Below are positions 54,119 through 64,000 of a DNA stretch of 64,000 nt, piece by piece; within the stretch, counting starts at the first letter, position 1, and each line of letters opens with the position of its first letter. The position numbers were made by a program, and so were the translations under genes. The notes below the pieces were generated by a model. The model had not been told where the DNA came from, did not search any database, and was given only the letters and a program-made list of their open reading frames with translations. Location of the stretch: positions 29,884,001-29,948,000 of the forward strand of contig OX597819.1 of assembly GCA_951406725.2 (NCBI GenBank), written 5' to 3'. Source of the DNA: Octopus vulgaris (taxonomy: Eukaryota).

Positions 54119-54189
54119 TCGCTGTCTGGAATCGAACTCGGAATCTTGGGGTTAGTAGCCCACGCTCTTAACCACTGCGCCATATGCCC
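53883..54189 (-). mobile_element. tRNA-headed SINE carrying a minimal hammerhead ribozyme
   Basis: Head 54115-54189 with A box TGGCGCAGTGG and B box GAGTTCGATTCC; (AAT)n; body; GACAC-CTGATGA-A-GGCTG...CAGAC-GAAAC at 53943-53985; (TGTAAATAA)n tail. Confidence 0.75.
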
Positions 54190-54417
54190 GTACTTTCTTT
54201 AGTCTTTATCATTTATTTGTTCCAGTCATTAGACAGCGGCCTTTTTCTATATTTTTACGCCTAGTACTTATTCCATTCAGTTTTGCCAAAACGCTAAGGT
54301 ACGTGTACATAAACAAACCCCAGTTGTCAATCGGTGGACGGGGTGGGACAAATACAGTCAAAAACATGCGCCGACACACACACTCACACACACACACACA
54401 CACACACACATTCACAC

Positions 54418-54474
<57 letters not shown>

Positions 54475-54507
54475 ATAAGCCTCCTTCGATCTCCGACTAC
54501 CGAGGCT

Positions 54508-54652
54508 ATCGAGGTCGACTTTGCCTTTCATCCTTTCGGGGTCGATAAATTAAATACCAGTTACGCACTGGGGTCGATGTAATCGACTTAATCTGTTTGC
54601 CTGTCCTTGTTTGTCCCCTCTATGTGTAGCCCCTTGTGGGTAGTAAAGAAAT
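54508..54652 (+). mobile_element. 5'-truncated SINE family A nested in a decayed family B SINE (~54210-54722, minus)
   Basis: Central domain and tail of family A within family B fragments. Confidence 0.75.
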
Positions 54653-54747
54653 ATATAGAGTAGATATTTGCCTAAGGTGTCACGCAGAGGGACTGAACCT
54701 AGTATACACCTACTCCCGCGCCTGAGAGTTCATATATATATATATAT

Positions 54748-54792
<45 letters not shown>

Positions 54793-54891
54793 GAAATATA
54801 TAGAGTAGATATTTGCCTAAGGTGTCACGCAGAGGGACTGAACCTAGTATACACCTACTCCCGCGCCTGAGAGTTCATATATATATATATA

Positions 54892-54956
<65 letters not shown>
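54643..54956. repeat. Tandem duplication of a ~145-bp unit
   Basis: GTAAAGAAATATATAGAGTAG...CCTGAGAGTTC(AT)n(GT)n starts at 54643 and again at 54788; the unique part is identical. Confidence 0.9.
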
Positions 54957-55133
54957 AATATATGTGTGTGTAAACATAACTATACATAAAAACCAATCCT
55001 ATGTATGTATGTATGTGCCGTCTGTATTTATGTATCCGTCTATCTCTGTCTCTCTCTCTCTCTTTGTCTGTCAGTTGCTCTCTCTTTCTCTCTCTCTCTC
55101 TCTATCTTTCTATCTCTCTAGCTATTTATCTAT

Positions 55134-55175
<42 letters not shown>

Positions 55176-56079
55176 CTTTATTTTATTTGTTTTTGCCATG
55201 CAGCTGAAATGTGGTTCGAGGTGTGTGTGTGTGTGTGAGTGCGCGCGCCCACGTGTGTGTATCCTTATCATTACAATTGTTAAAATTACTTGTGTGAGAT
55301 CACTGAAGAACAGGGTTTCTCATAGGAATGGTTGGAAAGATAACACAGGAGTGGTTTCCCATTACCTTGCCCAGGCTTATGCGGATGGTTGCACTCGGTT
55401 AATATTATATCTATAATATTTATATTATCTAATATAAAATAATGAATGCCACTTTTTTTCTTTTTATGGCAGAAACAGCCGCATGCATTATATAAAAAGG
55501 ACACTTGTATACATGTATAATCAAATGAGATATATAATATAAAATGCTTCTTGAATATTTAGTATAGAAAAATGGATGTATGCATTCATAACATAACAAA
55601 ATGTATATATGAATTTCCCGCTGATAATATTCTCTGGATTCTGTTTATTATGGGTAAATCATCTATTAGAGTCAATTCCTTCGAAAGAGATTATTTTTGT
55701 CGTTTAGATATGTTATGTATGGTTTCGGAATGTGGGAGTCTCTAGCAGGGTTGCTGAATCTGCTAAAAATAGCAGTGAAATCTTTCTATGTTTTGAAAGC
55801 GGGAAACATGATGAATAATGTAGGCCTAGATTACATAATTGCCGAGACAAAAAAAAAAGACAGGATGGAGAAAGCACCACATCTTTGATCTTAGGCCATT
55901 TTAATCAATGCTAACCTAGGGTTAAATGAAAACCCTTTGACGATAGGATTGCTCAAACAGGGATGACCTGGGGCTAAACCATAACTTATTTTGAGCATAG
56001 ATTTACTGATTCATGGCTGATATAAACTTAAATAACAATAGCAGTAGCATCAATCTCACATTGATATAATCTCACACAA

Positions 56080-56522
56080 AGGCGGCAAGTTGACAGAATC
56101 GCTAGCACCCGGGGCAAAATGCTTAGGAGCATTTCGTCCGTCTTTACGTTCAGAGTTCAAATTCTGCAGAAAACAACTTTGCTTTTCATTCTTTCGGATC
56201 GATAAAATGCGTGCAAGTTGAGCACTGGGGTCGATTTAATCATCGTACCATTCCCCGAAATTGCTAGCCTTGTGCCAAATTTTGAAACTAAAGTATAATA
56301 GCAGTTAGGTAGCGAGCTAGCAGAATCGTTAGCTCCCCCGGGCAAAATACTTAACAGCATTTCATCTGTCATTGTGTTCTGAGCTCAAATTCCGCCGAGG
56401 TCGACTATGCCTTTCATTCTTTCAGGGTCGATAAAATAAGTACCAGTTGGGCACTTCGATCGATATAATCCACTTACCCACTGCCCCGAAATCGTAGGCA
56501 TTGTGCCAAAATTTGAAACCAA
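56080..56522 (+). mobile_element. Two tandem SINE family A copies
   Basis: 56080-56290 and ~56308-56522, each head to GTGCCAAA.TTTGAAAC tail. Confidence 0.8.
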
Positions 56523-57410
56523 TATAATCCCAATGGAGTTCAGTCTTTTTTTTTTTTTTCCTTGTCACCCTTTAGGTTGTGTGGTTAAGCAGTTCACTCC
56601 GCAACAAAATGTCTTCGGTTTCAGTCTTAGTAAGCAAGCTAAGCTACATCTTGTATTATCGTAGCCTCGGCTCGAACAAATCCCTTGTGAAAGAAATAAC
56701 CGGAAATTTTGCGGTAAACTGATGCAGAAACAGTTCTTGTTCTTGCGTGGTTAACTGGAATTGTGCTTATTTCTTATTTTCGTATTGCAATAGCAATGAC
56801 AATCACAATGTATGTATGTATGCATGCATACATGTATGTATGTGTGTGTGTGTATGTATGTGTGTGTATGTATGTATGTCATTATTAAGTTTTTATTTCA
56901 AGATTCCTGCCAATAGAGAAGGAGCCGGTTTCTAACCTAGATCCAAGGCTCCTTCATTGGAATGTCAACAACATCAATAGGGTATGTATGTATGTATGTT
57001 TATATGTATGTATGTATGTGTGTATGTATGTATGTATGTTTGTATGTATGTATGTTTCTATGTATGCATGTATGTTTGTATGTATGTATGTTTGTATGTA
57101 TGTATGTTTGTATGTATGTACGTTTGCATGTATGTATGTATGTATGTTTGTATGTATGTATGTATGAATGTATGTATGTATGTATGTATGTATGTATGTA
57201 TGTATGTGTGTGTGTGTGTGTGTTTGTGTGTATGCAGATTAGTGAGTATTGTTTTATGTATGTATTCTCACTTATATAGTTGCATGTCTAGACATGCCCA
57301 TTTATACTTAAATGATAAACTTATGGAAAGTTCAGGTCTATATTTAAGAGATGTACATTATTTACATTATATACATTTGATGGATATTTGTCCTCATCTT
57401 GTTTGTTGTT

Positions 57411-57456
57411 AACACAACGTTTCGACTAATATACTCTCTAGCCTTCATCAGGTGTC
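57411..57456 (-). ncRNA. Minimal type I hammerhead ribozyme motif (best-preserved copy)
   Basis: GACAC-CUGAUGA-A-GGCUA(GAGAGUAUAU)UAGUC-GAAA-CG-U-U-GUGUU: stem I GACAC/GUGUU, 5-bp stem II, palindromic AACGUU at stem III. Confidence 0.7.
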
Positions 57457-57511
57457 TTGGGGAAATTTCGAACCTGGGTTCTCATTCCTAAGGTATTTTT
57501 CGATGTTGTTG

Positions 57512-57648
<137 letters not shown>

Positions 57649-57715
57649 ATAACAACAACAAGAACAACATCAAAAAATACCTTGGAATGAGAACCCAGGT
57701 TCGAAATTTCCCCAA

Positions 57716-57761
57716 GACACCTGATGAAGGCTGCTGGGTATATCAGCCGAAACGTTGTATT
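57716..57761 (+). ncRNA. Minimal type I hammerhead ribozyme motif
   Basis: GACAC-CUGAUGA-A-GGCUG(CUGGGUAUAU)CAGCC-GAAA-CG-U-U-GUAUU. Confidence 0.68.
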
Positions 57762-58782
57762 AACAAACAAATGTAAATAATGTAAATAATGTTATGGAAA
57801 GTTTAACAGATTTTTATAATTCTAGTAATGGCATGGATTTGTAGTCTTCTAATCAGCTTTCTCCGTCCTGGTTTTGAGAAGGCTAATTTCTCAAGAGTGG
57901 TATTTAGGCAGTGTGTTACATATCCCGGTGTCCCAATAATTACAGATATAAACCTGAACTTGTAATCTGGGTAGACTAGCTGTAGGTTCCTGAATAGTTC
58001 AGCATAGGTATTTTCTCTTTCGCTGATCTTTAGTTTTATGTTAGCATCCGCAGGGCAGCTGACTTCCACAACTGTACACAGTTTCTCATCTCCATCCCAA
58101 ATTACTATGTCAGGTCTATTATGTTTACATTATATCGAGGTCTTCACTGGGATATTCCACCAGCACTCCATTTTATTATGAATGGCTATGGCTTCTACCA
58201 TACTGTAGGTTCTTATTTCTTTGGCCTCGGGTTTATCCTTTCGATGGATCTGATTATACAGTGTGCTAGCTTCAATATAATGTCTCATCGGTAGATAATA
58301 CTGTGAAAAAATTTTCGGACAAATTCTTATGATGTGGGTGAAATCTTCGATGTTAACTCCACAAAGTCTGCATTGGTTATTACATTTTGCTGCTTTTCCT
58401 GCATCTCTGTCCCTTTTGTGCATCAACATTTCTTGTTCCTGGATTGCAAATGCATACCCTTCAAAGTGGGAATTAGTAATCCGGTTGCTGGTCCAAGATA
58501 GACTGCTTTGGTGATCAACGTTGCTATCATCCCGGAGCATTCTACTAACAAATCCATGTATGGTCCTCTCCTGATATACGTTCATCCTTTCATCTGATGA
58601 TATGTTGCATTAGAGTAAGTGCGACTTCTTTGGGCATGTATTTGAGATTATCAGACAAGGAATGCTGCTCATAGAGCTGATGTATGTATGTACATACGTA
58701 TGTATGTATGTATGTATGTATGTATGTATGTATGTATGTATGTATGTATGTATGCATGCATGCATGCATGTATGTATGTATG

Positions 58783-58816
<34 letters not shown>

Positions 58817-59073
58817 TGTATGTATGTATGTATGTATGTATGTATGTATGTATGTGCGTGCGTTGCTGCATGCATACGTGTGTGTGTGTGTGCAAGCATG
58901 CATGTATGATTTTTCTTTGAGTATAATTTAAGATTTTCTTGAGAGAGTTCAAAGCAGGTTGCTAACAAAACGACAAAACGTTTTGAGTTAAGAGAGTTCC
59001 CAAATATGTGTTCGTAAATATGTGGTTGAGTTAATGTGTTGGTTGAACTATTGATGCATACACTCAAATGTGC

Positions 59074-59425
59074 TCATCTGTTCCCATATGAATTTTTTTG
59101 GACTGTCTTACAAACCTTCACTGTGCTACTAACAGATTGGAGAAACCGCGTCAGTTTCTTTTGCCCTTTCCTCGTGAAACCTAATATTTCTAGGTTTTTG
59201 CGCAAATTTGTTGGTACATAACCTAAAGCACCTATGATGATAGTTACACGTGAGAATTTATAGTCAGTGTACAATAGTTGTAAGTTCTGCCATAAATTTT
59301 CTCTTTTTCCTGGACTTTTGATTGCACATTCACATCTACTGGACAGCTGACCTCTACAGCGGTGGATTATTTTGTTCCCTGTCCCACAGAACAATATCAG
59401 GTCTGTTATGATTGCACGTATCTTG
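59074..59425 (-). mobile_element. Second, more decayed R4/Dong-like endonuclease fragment
   Basis: NRPDIVLWD; LWQNLQLLYTDYKFSRVTIIIGALGYVP parallels LFRNLQLVYPDYKFRFISVIIGTPGYV at 57803-58069. Confidence 0.7.
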
Positions 59426-59446
59426 TATGTAGGTATACATTCACAC

Positions 59447-59675
59447 GGCGGTGAGCTGGCATAATCGTTAGCACGCCGGGCGAAATGCTTAGCAGTATTT
59501 CGTCTGTCGCTACGTTCTGAGTTCAAATTCCGCCGAGGTCGACTTTGCCTTTCATCCTTTCGGGGTCGATTAAATAAGCACCAGTTACGCACTGGGGTCG
59601 ATGTAATCGACTTAATACCTATGCCTGTCCTTGTTTGTTCCCTCTATGTTTAACTCCTTGTGGGTAATAAAGAAA
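59447..59675 (+). mobile_element. Full-length SINE family A with 17-bp TSD
   Basis: TAGGTATACATTCACAC on both sides (59430-59446, 59676-59692). Confidence 0.92.
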
Positions 59676-60295
59676 TAGGTATACATTCACACATACATAT
59701 GCGCGCGCATATACCACTCTGTGCTTGTCGGTTATGTATGTGTGAGTGAGTGTGTGTGTCTGGAATGCTATGCGGAGTGGACACGTGAAAGCAAGAGGGC
59801 CTAGCTTCAAAGAGCTAAGGAATCATGTATTGCATGTGGGTGAGTGTGTAGTAGAGTACATCGTTTTCCGTTGTAGTTCGACGGCGTGGGTTTTAATTTG
59901 TTTCAGCATGTTCTACTTCTCTGGCATCAGACTTTGGAGGAACAGCTGAACAGTGATTCACCAACTGGAGACGGAAGTAAAAATTGCTTCATTTTATAAT
60001 TAACAAAGGCTAATGATCAAAAGAAAATCCAGCGATCAGTAAAACAAAGAATTGCTGCAATACTAGAGTGGTTACAGATGCATCCGCCTTTGTGGGCTCC
60101 ATTAGTGGATTGCGGAGAGAAAAAGGCACATCGTCACAACTTACCAGCAAGGTGCAGTAATGTCCGAAAGATGTTGAAACCAATGTGATCTTCGTTGGGC
60201 GGTTGATAACTGGGAATGCACCGTATAGAAGGTCAAACTGTCTTTCTATTTTTCTATTCATCTATCTAACTGCTTATCTACTCATCTTTCTATCC

Positions 60296-60374
<79 letters not shown>

Positions 60375-60376
<2 letters not shown>

Positions 60377-61098
60377 CCTTCCTTCAAACGGGAAGGAAGA
60401 GCTATTTTCATCATCCTTGTGGCTATGGCGAAAGAATGTATCTGGTGGACGCGTCTGAAAGGATTGGAGACAAACACTTTCCTCTCTGGTCAATCTCTCA
60501 TCAACTTCTTCAAGTACCACTTGAAAAGGAAAGTGAGAGTAGAGAGGCAAGTTTTGTCTAGCGAATGTTTTAAAAAAAGATGGGTGAATGTAGCAAGGAT
60601 GGCACGTATGAATGACGAAGCCACCTTGAGCATAATCCTATGAACCCAGAAATTGAAAACAGAGGGTTACCCACTTGCAAACAAATGTGGTAACATATAA
60701 CAATATTGACCAAGGTTACCGTGGTCTTTTTCGTAGGCTTTTCTTCCCACGGATAAACCTTACTTGCTTTCCCCTTTACACCATATATCATAACACTGTG
60801 ATACACGATCCCTATTGATCGTTTTTTTTTCCTCTTCCCCTTTTTTTCCCCTTTTTTCTTCTTTCTTCATTTCTCTTTTCTTTTGTTCCTTTTCCTTTTC
60901 TTTTTTTTTCTTTTTTATTTTCTTTATTATTTTTTTGTGTTCTTTTCTTCCCTTTTACGATCCCTCTTGATCGAAAACCTACGCCACCCCATTTTTTTTG
61001 TTTCTTTTGTTTTTTGTTTTTTTCATCCCCCAAAAGAAAAGCTCTACCTTGTAACTTGTCCCATCTGTGTGCAGCCCTGTGTGGCCAATAAAGAAACT
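60375..61098 (+). mobile_element. 5'-truncated L1/Tx1-like LINE 3' end inside (TATC)n
   Basis: PSFKREGRAIFIILVAMAKECIWWTRLKG...LINFFKYHLKRKVRVERQVLSSECFKKRW (Tx1-like ORF2 C-terminus); pyrimidine-rich 3' UTR; AATAAA at 61087; (TATC)n on both sides. Confidence 0.7.
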
Positions 61099-61296
61099 TA
61101 TCTATCTATCTACCTACCTACCTACCTACCTACCTACCTACCTACCTACCTACCTACCTACCTATCTATCTATCTATCTATCTATCTATCAGTTTATATA
61201 TCAATCTATATGTCTATCTTTCTTACTTTCTTTCTATTTCACATACTCTCCCCTTCCTCTCTCGCTTTCCATATATGAATATTCACATATACGCAC

Positions 61297-61344
<48 letters not shown>

Positions 61345-61349
61345 TTATT

Positions 61350-61380
<31 letters not shown>

Positions 61381-61384
<4 letters not shown>

Positions 61385-61764
61385 GGTATGTAAGGGTGGT
61401 AATATATAACTATATAAGCATTTATATTAGAGATGTAAAGTATAATAGCCATCTCAATATGGCTAACCACAAAGGAGGGGGTGTTACTGTAGCTTTTTAA
61501 GTTCTGAGATTTAATAATAAATTTTTAGAGAGTTACTTCCCTTATATATGTCAAAAATGGATTAAAAATGGGAAAAATTTATGGTAAATTTTTTTTAAAT
61601 AGTGGACTCATCGTAGACGCGCGCTAATACCCAGAAGGGCTCGATATGAATCACGACTATAAGATACCCGGTTTTGGTTACACTGCACCGCAAAATGTGG
61701 GAGTAGTTAGGAATCTAAATCGTAGGAGACAGACAGCACACAACCTTACTTTTATATATAAAGA
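61381..61764 (-). mobile_element. Helitron-like 5' segment
   Basis: Minus strand begins A|TCTTTATATATAAAAGTAAGGTTGTGTGCTGTCTGTC, typical of animal non-autonomous Helitron 5' ends; no CTAG 3' end seen. Confidence 0.55.
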
Positions 61765-62263
61765 TATGCACCTCAGGCATATTACCATTTTTTTTTTCAG
61801 CTCCAGAAGGAAATTTCTAGTAACAATAGCAGTAACAATAAATATATAAATATATAAATAAACAAATAATAAAATTAAAATATCACAAAGAAAATTCTAT
61901 TAGATTAATAGGAAATAAAGAAAAGGACAACAAACTTTCACAAACTTCACTAATTGGATATCCAATGTTGATTAAGCAATTAGCGACCATATGCATGCTG
62001 TGCAGAATTATTGTATAGTAATCGAGAAAATTTCCCCAGTAAATGAACGTTAAAATGTTATTTTAATTACCATACAAAGCAGATATGACAAGCTGCTGGC
62101 AAACAACGAAAACGACGCTCAAAGTGATTTGTCATTAGCACTAATGCCACGAGAAAAAAATATGAGACGCTTCGCTGAAATGTCTCAAATTGGCAGTGAA
62201 ATTTCCTTCAACTCGTATCCTACCATTTAAAACAAATAGGAAGGACACAGGGGGACAACACAA

Positions 62264-62704
62264 GGATCTTTTCGGTTTGAACGACAGTTTTTAACATAAT
62301 TTCTAGGTAACTAAAAAATTTTAAACTTCGTATACAGGTAGAATGTGTTTATAAAACATCTTTTTCTCTTGGCTTTATTGAGAAAATTCTACAGTTTGTA
62401 AGATATTTGTTGTGTTTTTTTCTTCAATTTCCGCAATTTCAACCAATCAATGACGTCCATTGAGGTAAAAAACATTCTGTGCCGTATGAATATGTCCCTC
62501 GTTTAAGAAACAGATTGGGTTTATTTACATTTGTGAAGAAAAAAAGATACCCTTCCCCCACCCTTAACCCTAAATCTAAACCTAACTAACCCTAACCCTA
62601 AAAGAGATTGAAATGCAATAGATCGATTCTAGGGTCATAATTATGGGTAACAATTTCATATGACACCGCTAGAAAAAAAACTGCCGTTCAAACCGAAAAG
62701 ATCC
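62264..62704 (+). mobile_element. GG-terminal telomere-repeat MITE, copy 6 (no TSD)
   Basis: Both TIRs present; flanks CAACACAA / CTCCAATT do not match. Confidence 0.9.
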
Positions 62705-62843
62705 CTCCAATTATAGTCGGAAAGGTACGTTGTTTAGCTGACGTTCCAGTTATAGTGGAAAACTTACATAACTAGTTCAATTTCCAGTTATAGACTGCTA
62801 GATTCATGTTTAGTGGATGTTATTGTTTGATATATATTTAAAC

Positions 62844-62979
62844 TAGGGCTCCGCAACCGATTTGCGAGACAATGCTAGGTGTGTCGCAGTGTAATCTTTC
62901 ATAATTTCAGTTCAGGTGTGTCGCCGAATTTTGAAAAGAATATGTGTACCGCAAATGAAAAAAAGGCGGCGGAGCAATG
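62844..62979. mobile_element. Old hAT (Charlie-like) MITE
   Basis: Ends TAGGGCTCCGCAACC / GGCGGCGGAGCAATG; 8-bp TSD ATTTAAAC/ATCTAAAC. Confidence 0.6.
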
Positions 62980-63352
62980 ATCTAAACATGTGTAGTTGAT
63001 AGTCTAGTTACTGACTAATAGATACATTGCTACCAGTTGACCGAATCATAAAGGTATTAGTGATATACGCCTTGTTGATGTTTAAACCTTTTATTTACAA
63101 AATCATTAATCAATAGCCATCATTATATACACACGTATTTATACGCATGCACGCACACACACTCATGCATGCGCGCACAAATTTGCATATACATTTATGC
63201 ATAGTCTTGTGCATAGTGACTGGAAATAAGCGCTGGGATTGTCATGCCTAATCAGGATCTTTTATCGTAGGTAGCCCTGGAGCGAAGTACATCTTCCTTC
63301 ATACACGCACTAACACATACACACACTTATACACATTCACGTATAGATAGAT

Positions 63353-63384
<32 letters not shown>

Positions 63385-63439
63385 CTCAGAACGCTCTATT
63401 TTCTATGTTGCTATCTATGTAGTAGTCTATTGACAGTGT

Positions 63440-63700
63440 TGTTTAGCCCCAGAAAGTTCGTGGTTACTCATATCTATATAGATGGCTATTGACAATGTTG
63501 TTTAGCGTATGGTAGTCCCTGATCGATTAGACTTATAATCAAAAACGTTTCAAGCATAAATATCTCGCCCAGAACCAAGTGCTACATTATCCAATGTGTT
63601 CTTTATGAAAACAGTTGGTTGTGACATGAGCGAGATTGGTTTCTATTTATTGTTCAATATGTCGAGTCTCATTCGTTGGTTGTAGCTACTGAGAGTTTCT
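63440..63700 (+). repeat. Old dispersed repeat family (also ~3450-3660, ~4450-4780, ~35400-35590, ~55730-55990)
   Basis: Recurring degenerate blocks GTTTAGCCCCAG...CCCTGATCG...ATGATCAAA...ACATTATCCAATGTG...GATTGG.TGCTATTTCTAGCAG. Confidence 0.5.
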
Positions 63701-63933
63701 TTTCCGGCAAAGTGCATAGCCAGTGAGGAGTTACGAACGTTTGATCCTTCGACCAGTATCTTAACTTAGTTACTTGTACTTTTCAGTCCAGATTTATGAA
63801 AATCTGAGTTATTCCCAGATATTTAGAGAACAGAATTGGAAGTTATGCTATGCTCTGAATTCTCTTCTGAATTTAAATTGCATCCGAAAGATCTATACCA
63901 GTTGCCGATATAACTAACGAAGTTAAAAACAGT

Positions 63934-64000
63934 CGCCGAGATCGACTTTGCCTTTCAACTTTTCGGGATCGATAAATTAAGTACCAGTTGCGTACTGGGG
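63934..64000 (+). mobile_element. SINE family A fragment running off the window end
   Basis: CGCCGAGATCGACTTTGCCTTTCA...GATAAATTAAGTACCAGTTGCGTACTGGGG. Confidence 0.85.

Noticed and set aside
54115-54189. Possible genuine tRNA gene (also 37887-37960, 10325-10400, 48345-48420)
   Set aside because: Acceptor stems do not pair and each continues into a repeat body; these are SINE heads.
54643-54956. Tandem duplication as a functional unit
   Set aside because: It is bounded by microsatellites and made of SINE fragments; slippage or assembly error is the simpler explanation.
59930-60240. Possible second exon of the candidate gene
   Set aside because: No convincing acceptor/donor pair with an open phase-1 frame or recognisable peptide.

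Overview
AT-rich, extremely repeat- and microsatellite-dense eukaryotic DNA. The SINE families and the (CATA)n/(GATA)n/(TA)n/(TG)n/(ATT)n load look like an octopus (coleoid cephalopod) genome; this is inference from pattern recognition, not a search. Nearly all ORFs in the supplied track are microsatellite or transposon artefacts. The window holds several tRNA-derived SINE families, decayed RTE, CR1/L2-group, R4/Dong-like and Tx1-like LINE fragments, decayed mariner, rosa/DD41D-like and Chapaev3-like transposons, hAT MITEs and Helitron-like pieces. It also holds six copies of a ~420-bp GG-terminal MITE that makes 8-bp TSDs and carries (TTAGGG)n. The only credible host-gene feature is a signal-peptide-like first coding exon at 46862-46934 (+). 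The top finding is a tRNA-headed (Pol III) short element of the form tRNA-like head + (AAT)n + minimal hammerhead ribozyme + (TGTAAATAA)n tail. It occurs once as a monomer (53883-54189) and once as a head-less inverted dimer inserted as one unit between 12-bp direct repeats (57333-57791). Three further hammerhead-like motifs sit in other short repeats. Other notable items: a visible SINE-LINE 3' tail partnership with a covarying hairpin and very long (~45-120 bp) flanking duplications, a locally templated composite insertion copied from 8 kb away, and perfect spacer-less palindromes.
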